From Candidatus Saccharimonadota bacterium (GTDB taxonomy: Bacteria > Bacteroidota > Bacteroidia > Cytophagales > Amoebophilaceae): 32,000 nucleotides of DNA. Shown here one piece after another: positions 17,061 through 25,771 of the stretch (its first letter is position 1; each line of letters opens with the position of its first letter). The notes beneath the pieces were generated by a model that saw only the letters and a program-made list of their open reading frames with translations, was not told where the DNA came from and ran no database searches. The position numbers and the translations under genes were made by a program. The stretch is from the NCBI RefSeq assembly GCF_003351905.1, contig NZ_CP022339.1:450001-482000 (forward strand). The letters are read 5' to 3'.

Positions 17061-18392
17061 TTATGGCTTTTTGTTGACCCTCTTGTGTGTGCGTTTCAAT
17101 AAATGGTTGACGCGCTCAGTCAATACCTCCAAGTTCTTATGGATTTGCTCGAGATGCGCATGATTTAATTGCTGATCGATCTGCTCCTGTTTGGCATGAT
17201 TACCTTCAATAAAACTAGCAAGATTGACTTTAGCTATAAGCAGCCGCATCGCTTCTATGCCTGCTTCTTTTACAACTTTGTTTCGCTCTATACCCTGGTG
17301 TAGGTTAGAACTATAAAGAGATATGATGTCACCAAAGTTAGTTATTAGATCAATTATGCCAAAACTATAAGCAATGTTATAGAATAGTTGCAGACTACCG
17401 ATTAACTGCTTATTAAGTTTGGATGTATCTAGTGTAGATGTAGTGCTATATTCAATCTTACCAATTATCTTATGAAGTGTATCCAACCTTTTTGTAAGAG
17501 GCTTCAAAATATCTTTTTCTAGTTTTGTGAAAATTTTTATAGGATTATAGCCATCCTTAGACGGCTTATAGGTCATGGCCTTTTTTAGTTCACTATTATA
17601 ATAGTTTTCATAATCCTCAGTATACGATCTATTGTAGATATCTGTAATAGTTGTACAAGCTTTTTTATATTGTGCTTCAGCTTCCTCGATACTCATTTTA
17701 CCTTGCGCCAGACTAGTATTAAGTGCATGGAATAGGAACAATCCAACTATTTTACCCCAGTAAGGTAAAAGGTCTTGATCTAAGTAACTGAATACGCTAT
17801 CCGAAAATTCTTGGGGATCCGTGTTGTGTAGATGCTTAGGGGCATATACTTGCTTTTTGCAGCAAGATTTATGCGTCATTTTATTTCCTTTTTTGTCTTG
17901 GATAGGTTCTTCTTCGACCCACATGGTTGCAACCTTGCGCATGGTCTTTTCTGTAAAATCGTTAGCAGTTTGAGCAAGCGTATCCGGTGACATACATGGA
18001 TGATTACGCAGGTCTGCTAAACGCTTAGAAGCATTTTCTTGCCACAACTTTAAACAAAAAATACCGGGCAACGTACTAGAAGTATATTGAAGGTTTTGAA
18101 GCTTGGTGGCCATTTTGTTATCAATTCCAGTAGCATCAATAATGTGCGATATCTTATATCGCATAAGAGGGAGTTGTCCTTGGCTATATTCCTTCTGATG
18201 CATGTGAAAGGTATAATCCATTTTAGCAATATTATCACTAATATAATCAGCTATATGCTGCTTAATGTATGCACAACATTGATGAAAATTTTTAACAAGT
18301 GTAGCTACTTGTTTCGAGGTAATGTCAATCAAACAGGGCTGTTCATAAGCCAGTTGACCTACCGTCATTTTTTTAGGTAGATTACCCATCAT
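17061..18392 (-). CDS. hypothetical protein (orphan, no signal peptide, helical/coiled C-terminus)
   Basis: A 443-aa ORF with coding-like composition and no motif I recognise. Convergent with murE, 20 bp between the stops. Confidence 0.55.
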   Translation of the reverse strand: MMGNLPKKMTVGQLAYEQPCLIDITSKQVATLVKNFHQCCAYIKQHIADYISDNIAKMDYTFHMHQKEYSQGQLPLMRYKISHIIDATGIDNKMATKLQNLQYTSSTLPGIFCLKLWQENASKRLADLRNHPCMSPDTLAQTANDFTEKTMRKVATMWVEEEPIQDKKGNKMTHKSCCKKQVYAPKHLHNTDPQEFSDSVFSYLDQDLLPYWGKIVGLFLFHALNTSLAQGKMSIEEAEAQYKKACTTITDIYNRSYTEDYENYYNSELKKAMTYKPSKDGYNPIKIFTKLEKDILKPLTKRLDTLHKIIGKIEYSTTSTLDTSKLNKQLIGSLQLFYNIAYSFGIIDLITNFGDIISLYSSNLHQGIERNKVVKEAGIEAMRLLIAKVNLASFIEGNHAKQEQIDQQLNHAHLEQIHKNLEVLTERVNHLLKRTHKRVNKKP

Positions 18393-18713
18393 ATAATTTT
18401 CTAACTGGTAATTGCATCCAACAGATCCTACTAATAGACTGACCCATATAATAAAACGATAGGAATCATTTGTTTTTATAACAAAAATTAAGATAATATA
18501 AACTTCTTTTTCACATAGACATATTATAGTATAAAAATTTTATTACAAAATCAAGTTTTAAAAAAAGTTATCTATATACACATATAAATTTGTATTTAAT
18601 AGAATAAAAAAATTATATGTTTGTACTTCTAAATACATTTTAGAAACCATTGGATGGTTTTTTCTATTTATACCACGCGGCTACTATTGCATACTTCTTA
18701 AAAAGCTATCTCT

Positions 18714-19637
18714 ATGCCAGAAAGGTTAAAACACGATGGGCTAGTAAAAAAGATCCTTTCAGATCCAATAGCTGCTCAGGAGTTTCTGGACCATTATTTA
18801 CCAGAATCTTGTAAATCATTGTTAGATCTAAACACGATTAAAGTAGAGAAAGAGTCTTATGTAGAGGATAATTTAAAGCAAAAATTCAGTGATTTAGTAT
18901 GCTCTATCAAGATGAAGAATAGTCAGAAAGCATTCATCTACACGTTAATAGAGGCCGAGGTCAGCCCTAAGTATTGGACGGCATTTAAGTTATGGAAATA
19001 TATGTTTCTATTACTTGAAAGACATAAAACAAAAGATAAATCGAAACTACCACCAATAATTCCAATCGTCGTATATCACGGTAATCAACCTTTTAGTGTA
19101 CCAAGAAATCTATGGGAGTTATTCAGCCACCCAGCTCTTGCTAAAGAATTTATGGGAGGTGATTACCAATTAGTAGACTTATATGCTATGCCAGATGACC
19201 AAATCAAGAAAAAGGAACATTTGGGGATGCTTGAATATTTTATGAAGTATGTACACATGCGCGATATACTTAAATTATGGAGTGAATTTTTAGAAAGCTT
19301 TAAATCATCTATTCTACTAGATAAGGAAAAAGGTTATATTTATATAAGGAATTTTTTATGGTATACGGATCGTAAATTACCAGAAAATAAGTATCCAGAT
19401 TTAGAAAAAATTATAAGGGGACACCTTCCTCAAGAAGATCAAGAAGATATTATGAGAACTATAGCACAAAAATATAGGGACGAAGGTATCCAAATAGGGC
19501 AAGAAAAAGGGAAACTAGAGGGAGAAAAAGAGAAAGCTATTTCCATAGCTAAGGCTATGATTGTAAAAGGTTACCCTATCGAGGATATTATGCTCCTTAC
19601 TGGTTTATCTCATGCGCATATCCAAAGCCTTTTATAG
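18714..19637 (+). CDS. Rpn/YhgA-like PD-(D/E)XK recombination-promoting nuclease / putative transposase
   Basis: N-terminal HDGLVKKILSDPIAAQEFLDHYLP, SDLVCSI...FIYTLIEAEVSP core, and a C-terminal helical repeat tail (KGKLEGEKEKAISIAKAMIVKGYPIEDIMLLTGLS) typical of the family. Confidence 0.8.
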   Translation: MPERLKHDGLVKKILSDPIAAQEFLDHYLPESCKSLLDLNTIKVEKESYVEDNLKQKFSDLVCSIKMKNSQKAFIYTLIEAEVSPKYWTAFKLWKYMFLLLERHKTKDKSKLPPIIPIVVYHGNQPFSVPRNLWELFSHPALAKEFMGGDYQLVDLYAMPDDQIKKKEHLGMLEYFMKYVHMRDILKLWSEFLESFKSSILLDKEKGYIYIRNFLWYTDRKLPENKYPDLEKIIRGHLPQEDQEDIMRTIAQKYRDEGIQIGQEKGKLEGEKEKAISIAKAMIVKGYPIEDIMLLTGLSHAHIQSLL

Positions 19638-19681
19638 AGTACCTAAGTAATACTCAGCCCATGGCGTCAACTTAAGGGTAT

Positions 19682-20137
19682 TTATAAACTTTTTAAACTT
19701 TCATAGTAGGTGTCTATCAGCAGATGTTGATGGCTACTGGCTACAGCAAGCTGATCACAACGTTCATTCTCATAGTGGCCAGCATGGCCTTTAACCCAAC
19801 AAAAATGAACAAGATGTTTTTGGTAGACTGCCCAAAAACGCTTCCATAGATCCGGATTCTTTTTATTTTTAAAATCTATTTTTAACCAATTTTGTAGCCA
19901 TCCTTTTTCTATGGCGTTGATGACGTATTTGGAATCAGAATAGATCGTAACCGATTGGTTGGGTTGTTTTAGGGCTTCTAAGCCTATGATAACGGCTAAT
20001 AGCTCCATTCGGTTGTTGGTGGTTGTCCTATAACCTTGGGAGCGTTCTTCTGTATGGCTATTGTGTTTTAAAATAATGCCATAGCCACCTGGACCTGGGT
20101 TACCTCTAGCCGATCCATCTGTATAGATATGAATCAT
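19682..20137 (-). CDS. rnhA: ribonuclease HI
   Basis: IYTDGSARGNPGPGGYG, NNRMEL, DSKYV, VKGHAGHYENERCDQLA: all RNase H catalytic-motif regions are present. Confidence 0.95.
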   Translation of the reverse strand: MIHIYTDGSARGNPGPGGYGIILKHNSHTEERSQGYRTTTNNRMELLAVIIGLEALKQPNQSVTIYSDSKYVINAIEKGWLQNWLKIDFKNKKNPDLWKRFWAVYQKHLVHFCWVKGHAGHYENERCDQLAVASSHQHLLIDTYYESLKSL

Positions 20138-20170
20138 CTAAGCAAAAATAAATGTAAGCACTAAACCGTT

Positions 20171-21889
20171 TTAAAACTTAAAGTCGATACCCGTTATATC
20201 CCAGTTTTCTATCACATTGATTTCTTTTTCGTAAAAGATTACTGGATTGGGCTCAATGTTTTTAAGAATGTCCCCAGGAGACCACTCCTCCTCTCCTGTG
20301 TTCAGCACCAATAGGCGCATACTATAAGACCCAGGTGGAATCATTGTAAATTGATAGCTTTTTTTATCCCGAATGGAAGCAATGCATTCATATTTCTGGT
20401 TCAGTAATTCAATAATAAAATGGGGCGTAGTGGTCTCTATACTGCCTGAAATCGTTCCGGTTTCTTCTTTTTTTCTAAGTAGATAGGTTTGGTTAATCTT
20501 TGTGTGGGTAGTTTGATCAAATGCAGTGCAAGCACCCGGTTCTATATGTAGGGTAACCATCTGTTGTATTGTTTTGATTTTGTCATCTTTTGCTTCCGTT
20601 TGCGTAACAAACTGCATGATCTCTTCTGGTGTAAAATGTTTCCGTATGGTAAGTTTGGTTTGATTTTCGTTCCATCTCCATTCGTCCTGCTTGAGTGGAA
20701 TTTTCTCTTGATACTTGCATTCAAAATAAACTAAATCCTCTTTGAAGCCTTTAATCGGTTTGCTAAATAAGATGGATGCTGTAAAATCAGGCAGTATAGA
20801 AGGCAGTGCCTGTGGTGATAGGCTGTAGCTTAGCTGGGTAGGGTCTATTTTCCCTTCCTTGAAGCGAATAGCTATAGTTTCTTCTAATGCCCTATGCATA
20901 GCATCCTTAGCCATCAGCTTAACCTTGAAAGTATCGCCTTCCAGGAGGCCAAACGTGTTGTATATAGTGATTACGTTAGGGGATTGTTCTGAAACAAAGC
21001 TATAGATCTGTGGTTTGCCCTTTGTGCCTACATTTTGTAGGGGTATGAGTTGATAGCGTGTGATGGGTTTGTTCAAGATAATCTCAAACAATCCTTTTTG
21101 GGGTGTGCTACGTAGTAATTTTAAATCACGCACGTCAGCTGTTATAAGTGGAAGCACAATATCCTCTTTCGATTCGTTTAAATCAATAGGATCCTTAAAG
21201 AATCCATATTTATCCTTTTCATAATCAATTTTATAGGTATTGCTTTTACCAGTAGTAGCCCGTAGGTAGTATTTCCCTAAGCGTATGCAACCTATGGCAA
21301 AGTTACCATCTTTATCAGCTGTAGTGTAATAATCGGGTGTACCTGCTTGTTGCCATTCTTGGGGGTCTCGTTCAGCACTATACAGGTAGACGCTCACATC
21401 GCTTACGGGTCTGTTGGTTAGTAATTCTTTTATGCTTCCCTTCATGGTAATTGGATCTATAAAAGAACCTGTACTAAAAGTTAAGATCTTCGCTGTTGCC
21501 TTGGTGCCTTCATGTGTATCTTTAACTGCTTTACTAAAGTGAATGGAATAAGTAGTATCCTCTTTGAGGGGGGCATTGAGTTTAAGCTGTAGCGTTTTTC
21601 CATTTACGCTATAGCTGTAAGGCTGTTTATTTTTTGATTCCGTTAACTTGGGCATGAACAGCAAGTTATGGTGAGGGTTTTCCACATCAATATCCTTACT
21701 AAAGGTAAATCGGATGGTTTTTCCCTTAAAATTTAAGGCACCATCTTCTGGAAAAGAACGTACGAGTACGGGTGGGGTCTCATCAGGAGGGCCCCCTTCT
21801 GGATCCTGTACCGCAACACAGGAAATAATAGGTAGAAGCAATAGATAGCTGAAATGAACCAGCTGTAAAACCAGGAATCTAAGTATCAT
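20171..21889 (-). CDS. lipoprotein with SbsA-type Ig-like and carboxypeptidase-regulatory-like beta-sandwich domains
   Basis: Lipobox IISC. PPVLVRSFPEDGALNFKGKTIRFTFSKDI (Ig-like start). VSVYLYS...TTADKDGNFAIGCIRLGKYYLRA (CarboxypepD_reg-like). Confidence 0.6.
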   Translation of the reverse strand: MILRFLVLQLVHFSYLLLLPIISCVAVQDPEGGPPDETPPVLVRSFPEDGALNFKGKTIRFTFSKDIDVENPHHNLLFMPKLTESKNKQPYSYSVNGKTLQLKLNAPLKEDTTYSIHFSKAVKDTHEGTKATAKILTFSTGSFIDPITMKGSIKELLTNRPVSDVSVYLYSAERDPQEWQQAGTPDYYTTADKDGNFAIGCIRLGKYYLRATTGKSNTYKIDYEKDKYGFFKDPIDLNESKEDIVLPLITADVRDLKLLRSTPQKGLFEIILNKPITRYQLIPLQNVGTKGKPQIYSFVSEQSPNVITIYNTFGLLEGDTFKVKLMAKDAMHRALEETIAIRFKEGKIDPTQLSYSLSPQALPSILPDFTASILFSKPIKGFKEDLVYFECKYQEKIPLKQDEWRWNENQTKLTIRKHFTPEEIMQFVTQTEAKDDKIKTIQQMVTLHIEPGACTAFDQTTHTKINQTYLLRKKEETGTISGSIETTTPHFIIELLNQKYECIASIRDKKSYQFTMIPPGSYSMRLLVLNTGEEEWSPGDILKNIEPNPVIFYEKEINVIENWDITGIDFKF

Positions 21890-21961
21890 GAAGGTGTGGG
21901 CTTTAGCTAGTAACCTTCTTTCAAAACGCTATGCGCCAAGCCAGCTCCAAAAGAAGTCTAG

Positions 21962-22035
21962 TGGAGAATGGGGGATTCGAACCCCCGACCTTCTCGATGC
22001 CATCGAGACACTCTAGCCAACTGAGCTAATCCCCC
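21962..22035 (-). tRNA. tRNA-Ala (anticodon GGC)
   Basis: The reverse complement GGGGGATTAGCTCAGTTGGCTAGAGTGTCTCGATGGCATCGAGAAGGTCGGGGGTTCGAATCCCCCATTCTCCA folds as a cloverleaf. It has a G3:U70 pair, anticodon loop AT-GGC-AT, T-loop TTCGAAT and discriminator A. CCA is not encoded. Confidence 0.93.
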
Positions 22036-22143
22036 TAAGCATAAACATCATACAACGATACCAATATTTCTTAAATAAATCAAATTTAATCTACTTTTTT
22101 AACTGTAGCAGACCTCTTCTGAAGCCTGTTTTACCCATAGCTT

Positions 22144-23616
22144 TCACAAGCGGGCTAGTAGTGATTTTATACTAGTGTTGGTATGTAAATAGTCTGCTAT
22201 TGCTGCAATAGGCATGCGGTGTTGTGCCATAGAATCCCGTTCCCGTACGGTAACGGTTTCATCTTCTAATGTCTGGTAGTCAATGGTAATACAGTAAGGT
22301 GTGCCGATAAGATCTTGCCTGGTATAGCGTTTGCCAATGGATGGTGTCTCTTCGTAAATAAGCGGGCAATCATATTTAAGTTGATGAAACAGTGCAAGCG
22401 CTTTTTCGGCTAAGCCATCCTTTTTGACCAATGGAAAAATGGCTGCTTTAATAGGTGCCAATGGCGGTGGAAGCTTTAAATAGGTTCTGGTTGCATCTGT
22501 TGGGTGGCGCGTTTTGACTAAACCATTACTTAACAACATTAAAACCAATCGGTCAAGTCCTACCGAAGTCTCTATCACATAGGGTATGTAACTCCTTTGC
22601 CAATCAGGGTCAAAGTATTGTAGTTTCTTTTTGGCATAATCCGCATGGCTCCTTAGGTCAAAGTCTGTTCTGGAATGAATCCCCTCTACTTCTTTAAAGC
22701 CAAATGGAAAGGCATATTCGATATCCACTGCAGCCGTTGCATAATGCGCCAGTTGCTTATGGGGATGTAGGTTAATCTGTTCTGGGTTGATGCCTAAGCT
22801 GCTGTACCAGGCGGTACGGGTTGTTTGCCAATAGTCGAACCATTTTGTTTCTGTGCCAGGTTGGATAAAAAATTGCATTTCCATTTGTTCAAACTCGCGC
22901 ATACGGAAGGTAAATTGACGGGCTACAATTTCATTCCGAAAGGCTTTCCCTATTTGGGCAATCCCAAAAGGGATCTTCATACGTGCTGTTTTTTGTACAT
23001 TCAAAAAATTGACAAAAATACCTTGTGCCGTTTCTGGCCGCAGATAAAGCGTGGTTGCGTCATCTTGTGCACCCACTTGTGTGGAAAACATAAGATTAAA
23101 CTGGCGCACAGGGGTCCAATTTACCGTCTTAGATAGCGGACATGGAATAGCAAATGTTTGCAACAGTTGATCTAACCCGGGTAGGTTACCCGTCTCTAAA
23201 TAAGCCTCCATCTCGCTCATTAAAGCTTTGGCTTGCGCAGGTTGCCCTTGGGCCGCCCATTGCATGGCATATTCCTCTACAAGCGTATCAACCCGATACC
23301 GCTTTTTGGAATCCTTGTTGTCTACCATTGGGTCGGTAAATCCATCTATATGACCAGAAGCCTGCCAGGTAGTAGGGTGCATCATAATGGCCGCATCAAT
23401 CCCCACAATGTTTGGATGAAGTTGGGTCATGCTTTGCCACCAAAAGTTTTGCAGATTGCGTTTGAGTGCTACGCCATAGGGACCATAATCATAAATAGAT
23501 TGTAAACCATCATATATTTCGCTAGATGGGTAGATAAAACCATAGGCTTGCGCATGTGCAATCAATGCTTTAAACCTATGATTGGGGTGATCTAAAGCAG
23601 CATCCGTAGTAGCCAT
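22144..23616 (-). CDS. glyQS: glycine--tRNA ligase (dimeric GlyQS type)
   Basis: GFIYPSSEIYDGLQSIYDYGPYGVALKRNLQNFWW and class II motifs (FRNEI..R, GLDRL). Confidence 0.93.
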   Translation of the reverse strand: MATTDAALDHPNHRFKALIAHAQAYGFIYPSSEIYDGLQSIYDYGPYGVALKRNLQNFWWQSMTQLHPNIVGIDAAIMMHPTTWQASGHIDGFTDPMVDNKDSKKRYRVDTLVEEYAMQWAAQGQPAQAKALMSEMEAYLETGNLPGLDQLLQTFAIPCPLSKTVNWTPVRQFNLMFSTQVGAQDDATTLYLRPETAQGIFVNFLNVQKTARMKIPFGIAQIGKAFRNEIVARQFTFRMREFEQMEMQFFIQPGTETKWFDYWQTTRTAWYSSLGINPEQINLHPHKQLAHYATAAVDIEYAFPFGFKEVEGIHSRTDFDLRSHADYAKKKLQYFDPDWQRSYIPYVIETSVGLDRLVLMLLSNGLVKTRHPTDATRTYLKLPPPLAPIKAAIFPLVKKDGLAEKALALFHQLKYDCPLIYEETPSIGKRYTRQDLIGTPYCITIDYQTLEDETVTVRERDSMAQHRMPIAAIADYLHTNTSIKSLLARL

Positions 23617-23833
23617 CTATCTGTTTGGTTAGGGTTTAAAGTTTTAAACCGCTTGCGAGCGGTCTATTGTAGCAACTTACCTTGTAAAGTAGGCGTTTTT
23701 GATGGCCTGAGCTGTTGTAGCCCAAAGCTAATCATTTTTTTAAATAAATTTAAATAGAAAATGTATGCTACAAAATAGCATGGTGCGTGTTTGGTTTATA
23801 ACAACCAAGTAGATATTTTACTCAGTTATAGCT

Positions 23834-24583
23834 TTGATACAAATCACAACACTAGAAAAGCAAATCTTTTTTATATCAGATTTGCATCTACCCCTTCGGT
23901 CCAGTGGTGTAGCGCGTTCTTCCCATCTAGAGGATAAAGTCTTAGATTGGCTCGACTACATAAAGCCACGTACCCAAGCGCTATTTTTATTAGGAGATAT
24001 CTTTGACTTTTGGTTTGAGTATACCTACCTTGTGCCTAGAGGTGCCATTCGATTCCAAGTTAAGCTTTGGGAGTTTACGCAAGCAGAGATACCAGTTTAT
24101 TTCTTTTTAGGGAACCATGATGGTTGGTCCATAGATTATTTAACGCAAGAATGCGGTGTGCAGCTGTTTAGAGAACCAGCATCCATTACCATTGCCAATA
24201 AGCGGTTTTTCGTTGGGCATGGCGATACCATCCACCCTACTATGTGTTATACCCTATTGCGTAAGCTATATCATAGTGCGTGGCTCCAAGCTTTTGTGCG
24301 GGCTTTGCCGCCTAATTGGGTATATGGCGGGGTAGACCGTTATCTTAGCAAAAAAAAATGTGATAACGTTTCTTTTTGTCCCCAAAAAGACCGTATATTT
24401 GACTATTGTAAGGATAAAATAGAACCTTTTAATCACCACGAATTTTATATATTTGGTCATACACATTGTCCGTATATAAAAGCGTTCAACCATTCAAGCA
24501 CTTATTGTAATCTGGGCACTTGGATCACAAATTATACATATGCTTGTTTTGATGGTATAACCCTTTCGTTGCTTAAGTTTTAA
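23834..24583 (+). CDS. lpxH: UDP-2,3-diacylglucosamine hydrolase (LpxH-type metallophosphoesterase)
   Basis: ISDLHL, LLGDIFDFWFEY, GNHD, GHGD, GHTH motifs in LpxH order. TTG start. Confidence 0.8.
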   Translation: MIQITTLEKQIFFISDLHLPLRSSGVARSSHLEDKVLDWLDYIKPRTQALFLLGDIFDFWFEYTYLVPRGAIRFQVKLWEFTQAEIPVYFFLGNHDGWSIDYLTQECGVQLFREPASITIANKRFFVGHGDTIHPTMCYTLLRKLYHSAWLQAFVRALPPNWVYGGVDRYLSKKKCDNVSFCPQKDRIFDYCKDKIEPFNHHEFYIFGHTHCPYIKAFNHSSTYCNLGTWITNYTYACFDGITLSLLKF

Positions 24584-24700
24584 GACTACAACGCTATAGG
24601 TTATAGGGTTTGGTACTCTTATATTAAAAAACTTTAATAGATTTCTTTCGAAATGCGTTTAGGTTAAAGCCTAACGCATCAATTTGTTAGGTATAATTAC

Positions 24701-25732
24701 ATGGGAATCCGGAGTTATTTTTACATAGATATTGCGGTCGATCTAGGAACGGCTAATACGTTAATCATACACAACGATAAAATTGTTGTAGACGAACCAT
24801 CTATTATCGCCATAGACCGGAACACAAATAAGATGATAGCAGTGGGGAAAGCTGCCATGCAAATGCATGAAAAAACCCATGATACGATCAAAACCATTAA
24901 ACCGCTCAGAGATGGTGTTATTGCAGATTACCATGCAGCAGAGCTGATGATTCAAGGAATGATCAAGATGCTATCTAAAAAAAAGTTGTCTTTTTTTTTC
25001 CCATTCTTTAATAGAATCATCATCTGTATTCCATCTGGTACCACTGATGTGGAGAAGCGGGCGGTCCGGGATTCTGCTGCCCATACCGGTGCCAAAGAAG
25101 TCTATATGATTTATGAGCCTATTGCAGCTGCTATAGGCATAGGCGTTAAGATTGGAGAGCCTAATGGCTGTATGATTGTAGACATTGGGGGAGGCACCAC
25201 AGAAATAGCGGTGATATCCTTATCTGGCATTGCATGTGATCAATCTATTAAAGTGGCAGGTAATGCTTTTAACAAAGATATATTGGACTACATGCGCAAG
25301 CAGCATAACTTAGTGATTGGAGAGCGTACGGCAGAGCAAATTAAAATAGCCATAGGAGCGGTTTGGATGGATTTAGCCGAGCCACCGGAGGATTATGCGG
25401 TACATGGCAAAGACCTTATGACCGGTATTCCAAAGATTATATCGGTCAGCTACAGGGAAATAGCCGTTGCTTTAGAGGAATCGGCTGTAAAGATTGATGA
25501 GGCAGTCCTCAAAGCACTAGAAATGGCACCACCTGAGTTGGCTTCTGATATATATAAAAATGGCATTCATTTAACAGGGGGCGGTGCCTTGTTGCGTGGT
25601 TTGGATAAGCGTTTGCATAACATCACGAAGCTTCCAGTCCATGTTGCAGCAGAACCCCTGCAAGCAGTGGTACGGGGTACGGGTACGGCATTAAAGGATA
25701 TAGAGACCTATCGCAGTGTACTGATGAATTAA
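24701..25732 (+). CDS. mreB: rod shape-determining protein MreB
   Basis: DIAVDLGTANTLI, PLRDGVIADY, IVDIGGGTTEIAVISL, IHLTGGGALLRGLD. Confidence 0.95.
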   Translation: MGIRSYFYIDIAVDLGTANTLIIHNDKIVVDEPSIIAIDRNTNKMIAVGKAAMQMHEKTHDTIKTIKPLRDGVIADYHAAELMIQGMIKMLSKKKLSFFFPFFNRIIICIPSGTTDVEKRAVRDSAAHTGAKEVYMIYEPIAAAIGIGVKIGEPNGCMIVDIGGGTTEIAVISLSGIACDQSIKVAGNAFNKDILDYMRKQHNLVIGERTAEQIKIAIGAVWMDLAEPPEDYAVHGKDLMTGIPKIISVSYREIAVALEESAVKIDEAVLKALEMAPPELASDIYKNGIHLTGGGALLRGLDKRLHNITKLPVHVAAEPLQAVVRGTGTALKDIETYRSVLMN

Positions 25733-25771
25733 TCGTAAGGGCCTGTTTTTACCAGTTTAATGCTTTAGTCT

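Noticed and set aside
23617-23833. Possible T-box or riboswitch leader for glyQS (hairpin ACCGCT-tgcg-AGCGGT)
   Set aside because: No T-box conserved sequence or specifier-loop architecture is visible. T-box control of glyQS is a Firmicutes feature and is not expected here.
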